The notes beneath the pieces were generated by a model, which was not told the DNA's origin, ran no database searches, and worked only from the letters and a program-made list of their open reading frames with translations. Below, piece by piece: positions 61,366 to 64,000 of a stretch of DNA of 64,000 nt. Each line of letters begins with the position of its first letter. The first letter of the stretch is position 1. Location of the stretch: contig CP086569.2 of the NCBI GenBank assembly GCA_009914755.4, positions 16,896,001 through 16,960,000 on the forward strand. The letters run 5' to 3'. Made by a program: the position numbers and the translations under genes. This stretch comes from the human T2T-CHM13v2.0 reference genome, Homo sapiens.

Positions 61366-63269
61366 AGAAAAGCAGGTGGAGAAATGTATACTTACGTAAG
61401 TGAATCTTTTGAATAACCACTGTATACTACCACATGGTCATTTTATTTCCAGTCCTTCTTTTCCACTATGTCACCATCAACATTGCCATTGCTTTAGTTT
61501 GGTTCTTTATTCCTCAGCTCAAACTATTTCTTATCCCTGAAATGTCTTTTCTCTGAGAAACCTTTTTTTTTTTTGTGCCCTTCTTTTGATTTATCAGAAT
61601 TTAGACACTCCCTTTTTTCTATGTATAAATCATCTTGGATGAAACTGAACATCTCACACCTTTTGTAATCTTTCAATCTCCTTTAACAAAGAGTGGGTCA
61701 CTTTGAGGCTCTTGTTTTGGTATCATCTCAGAATTCCAGATGCCAGACATAGTGTTTTGCACACTGCAGTAATAGAAGCTAGCATTTATGTTTTTCCTAC
61801 AATCCACCCAGTCTGTTATATGTACTTCAAGTATCTTGTGTCTTTAATCCTCATAAAAATCATAAGTGGTAGGTGCTATTGTGATTCTCATTTTACACTT
61901 AAGAAGCCTGAGGTTCAGACATGTTCAGTGACTTGCCTATCACAATGCTGACAAGTGATGGGATAGAATGAAACAAAGGTAGTTTGACTCTGTAGATGAT
62001 CCTTGGGCATTTTTAATGGGAATAATATCTTCCCAAAGGGGATGAAAATTAATTCCTGGGAGGTGACAAAATCATTTATTTTATGTATGAAGCTCAGAGA
62101 TACATACACAGATAAGGAGTATACAAGTTTGTATGGGTGTAGGTTAGAAAAAAAATGTGTAAAATACTACTTAGTGGGCAATGACCCCAATCTGGAGTGT
62201 GAACTGCCCTACTGACTTGATTCAAACCCATAGAACACATCAAAGATGGCAGGATATCACTTCCATAATGAGTTACCTAGGACAATGGCTTCTATCTTTC
62301 TACTAGAGTTTCTTCTGCTGGCTGTGGCTAAAATATATTGTCGTATGGAGAGATCTACAAGACAAGAAACAGATGCTGACCTCTTGCCAATAGCCAGCAA
62401 TGAAATGAGCCATTTTCTCTAATTATCTGCAGGGAACTGAATCCTGCCAACATAGACATGAGCTCAAAAGAAGATCCCACCACATTCAAGACTTCCTGTG
62501 TCTTGTGGTCAGCACCTTGACTGCATCCTTGGGAGACCCTGAAGCACAAGACCCATCTAAGCTATCACTGGAGTCCTGACCCACAGAAATTGTCAAATAA
62601 ATATGTGTTGCTTAAGCTGAGAATGTTGCAGTTACATGTTACACAACAATAGACTATGAATCCAAGCAGTTTAAAATACTTGGTTTAGACACATAAGAAA
62701 AACCCAAGGTAGCTACTGTGGAGCCTGTGTATTAGTATGTTTTCACTTCACATGAGATTAGCTAAATGAATTCCAGCCAGACTTAAAATTTATGTTTGAA
62801 GATACTTGAGTTAAAGGATGAGGAGATCACAGATTTTCCTGGTTGAGGAGCTAGCACTGTGCATTTTAAAATCCTTTCCAAGAACAGCTACAGGCAATAG
62901 TGGAGCTGATTTGTTTATAGAGTGAAATGTGGGAAACTTCAGGATAAATATATTGAATAATGATTAGCTAGTTGGCTGGCAAGGCTGATGTTTTATTTTG
63001 GTGTCCAGCTGGACTCTGGTCAGTCCCCTGCCCAGAGGTTCATGAATGCACAGACAGATGACTCTCAGGTACAAATTTATGTCTATCCATTTGTGATCTC
63101 CTTATTGAGGGTGGGTCTGCGTTTACTAGTCCACTGACTCAAATGTTAATTTTCTTTGGCCACAACCTCACCTACACACCCAGCAACAATACTTTGCATC
63201 ATTCAATCTAATCAAGTTGGCACTCTCTGTTAACCATCTCATGACTGCATCATATCTAGAATGTCTGTG

Positions 63270-63430
63270 TTCCCCCAAAATTCTTATTTTGAACCCTAAC
63301 TCTCAGGGTGATGGTGTTGGGAGGTGGGCCTTAAAGACAATTGTGTCCACCAGCCATAGCTACAAGAAACAGGACTGTAAAGTGTAGTTCTGTCTTGTAT
63401 TAGTTTAGATTGAGGTGAGATGAGAAGAAA
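63270..63430 (+). mobile_element. MLT1-type MaLR LTR 5' fragment
   Basis: 'tgttcccccaaaattcttattttgaaccctaactctcagggtgatggtgttgggaggtgggccttaaag…' matches the MLT1 start 'tgtgtccccaaaattcatatgttgaagccctaaccccc.atgtgatggtatttggagatgggg…'. Confidence 0.5.
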
Positions 63431-64000
63431 TTATGAGAGCCATGGGTAGGCAAGCAAATAATGTTACAATAGAGGACTGGTGAGAATTAAGGAAGCAGAG
63501 AGGGTACTTATAACAACAAATTTTGTGTTTTCCTAGTCTGCCTAGGATGAGGACTTGGCTGCTGCATTTTAGCTAACCTGTCTCCTGGACAAATCCCTGG
63601 CTGGGACTCACAAAATCCATCCCACTCTTTATTCTATACCTTGAATCAGACCTTCTTCTTACTAACAGGGTAAACAGAATCTTATTGAGACATCTGGCTA
63701 ATGTCTATAGCTTATCTGCATAGAAATGTGACTGTAAATCCATCCACCAGCAAAATGAATGTGTACAAGGTGTGAGCAGCATTCCATGACAAAAAAAAAA
63801 AAAGAAGAAGAAATAAAAAAAAATAGGTAATGAGAAAATAACTGCAAGGGATTGAAAATAATTTTCAAGCTCTGCTACAGCTATTTACATTAGGATATGA
63901 GCCTGGTAAAGAGGCTATTTGTCAACTCACCTATGCATTTATGCGAAGAAAGTAAACAGAACTGATATTAGGAGAGGCAGCCCCATGGTGATTTTTAAAC

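Overview
This window reads as primate, most likely human, genomic DNA. It is AT-rich and appears gene-poor and dominated by interspersed repeats. I found no convincing host protein-coding exon, RNA gene, CpG island or anything resembling a prokaryotic gene system. Every sizeable ORF in the six-frame track is either a LINE-1 ORF1/ORF2 remnant or a translation of a simple repeat.

What the sequence shows directly:
- Two full-length (~6.1 kb) L1PA-type LINE-1 elements arranged head-to-head (28977-35126 on the minus strand, 36595-42634 on the plus strand). Each has its own intact target-site duplication (TSD), and a 1.47 kb spacer lies between their 5'UTRs.
- A textbook twin-priming inverted L1 at 54116-58690, with a TSD, a ~25-bp deletion at the inversion junction, and an Alu nested in the inverted arm that carries its own TSD.
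- A 5'-truncated L1 with TSD (17951-20732), an older L1 (50195-53580) interrupted by an unclassified 602-bp insertion, an ancient L1M 3' end, and an L1 fragment at the left edge.
- About 15 Alu or Alu-monomer copies, including one young CpG-rich AluY-like copy with a pure A27 tail and a 14-bp TSD.
- About 12 solo ERVL-MaLR LTRs (THE1/MST/MLT1-type), 9 of them on the minus strand.
- Several striking simple repeats: a ~950-bp polypurine (GGAA/GAAA)n tract, a 270-bp compound TCTA/TCTG array of forensic-STR type, (GATA)n(TACA)n, and two (GGAT)n arrays.

The most interesting biology is structural and transposon-related, not a new gene system. All family assignments come from my memory of consensus sequences and should be confirmed with RepeatMasker/Dfam.
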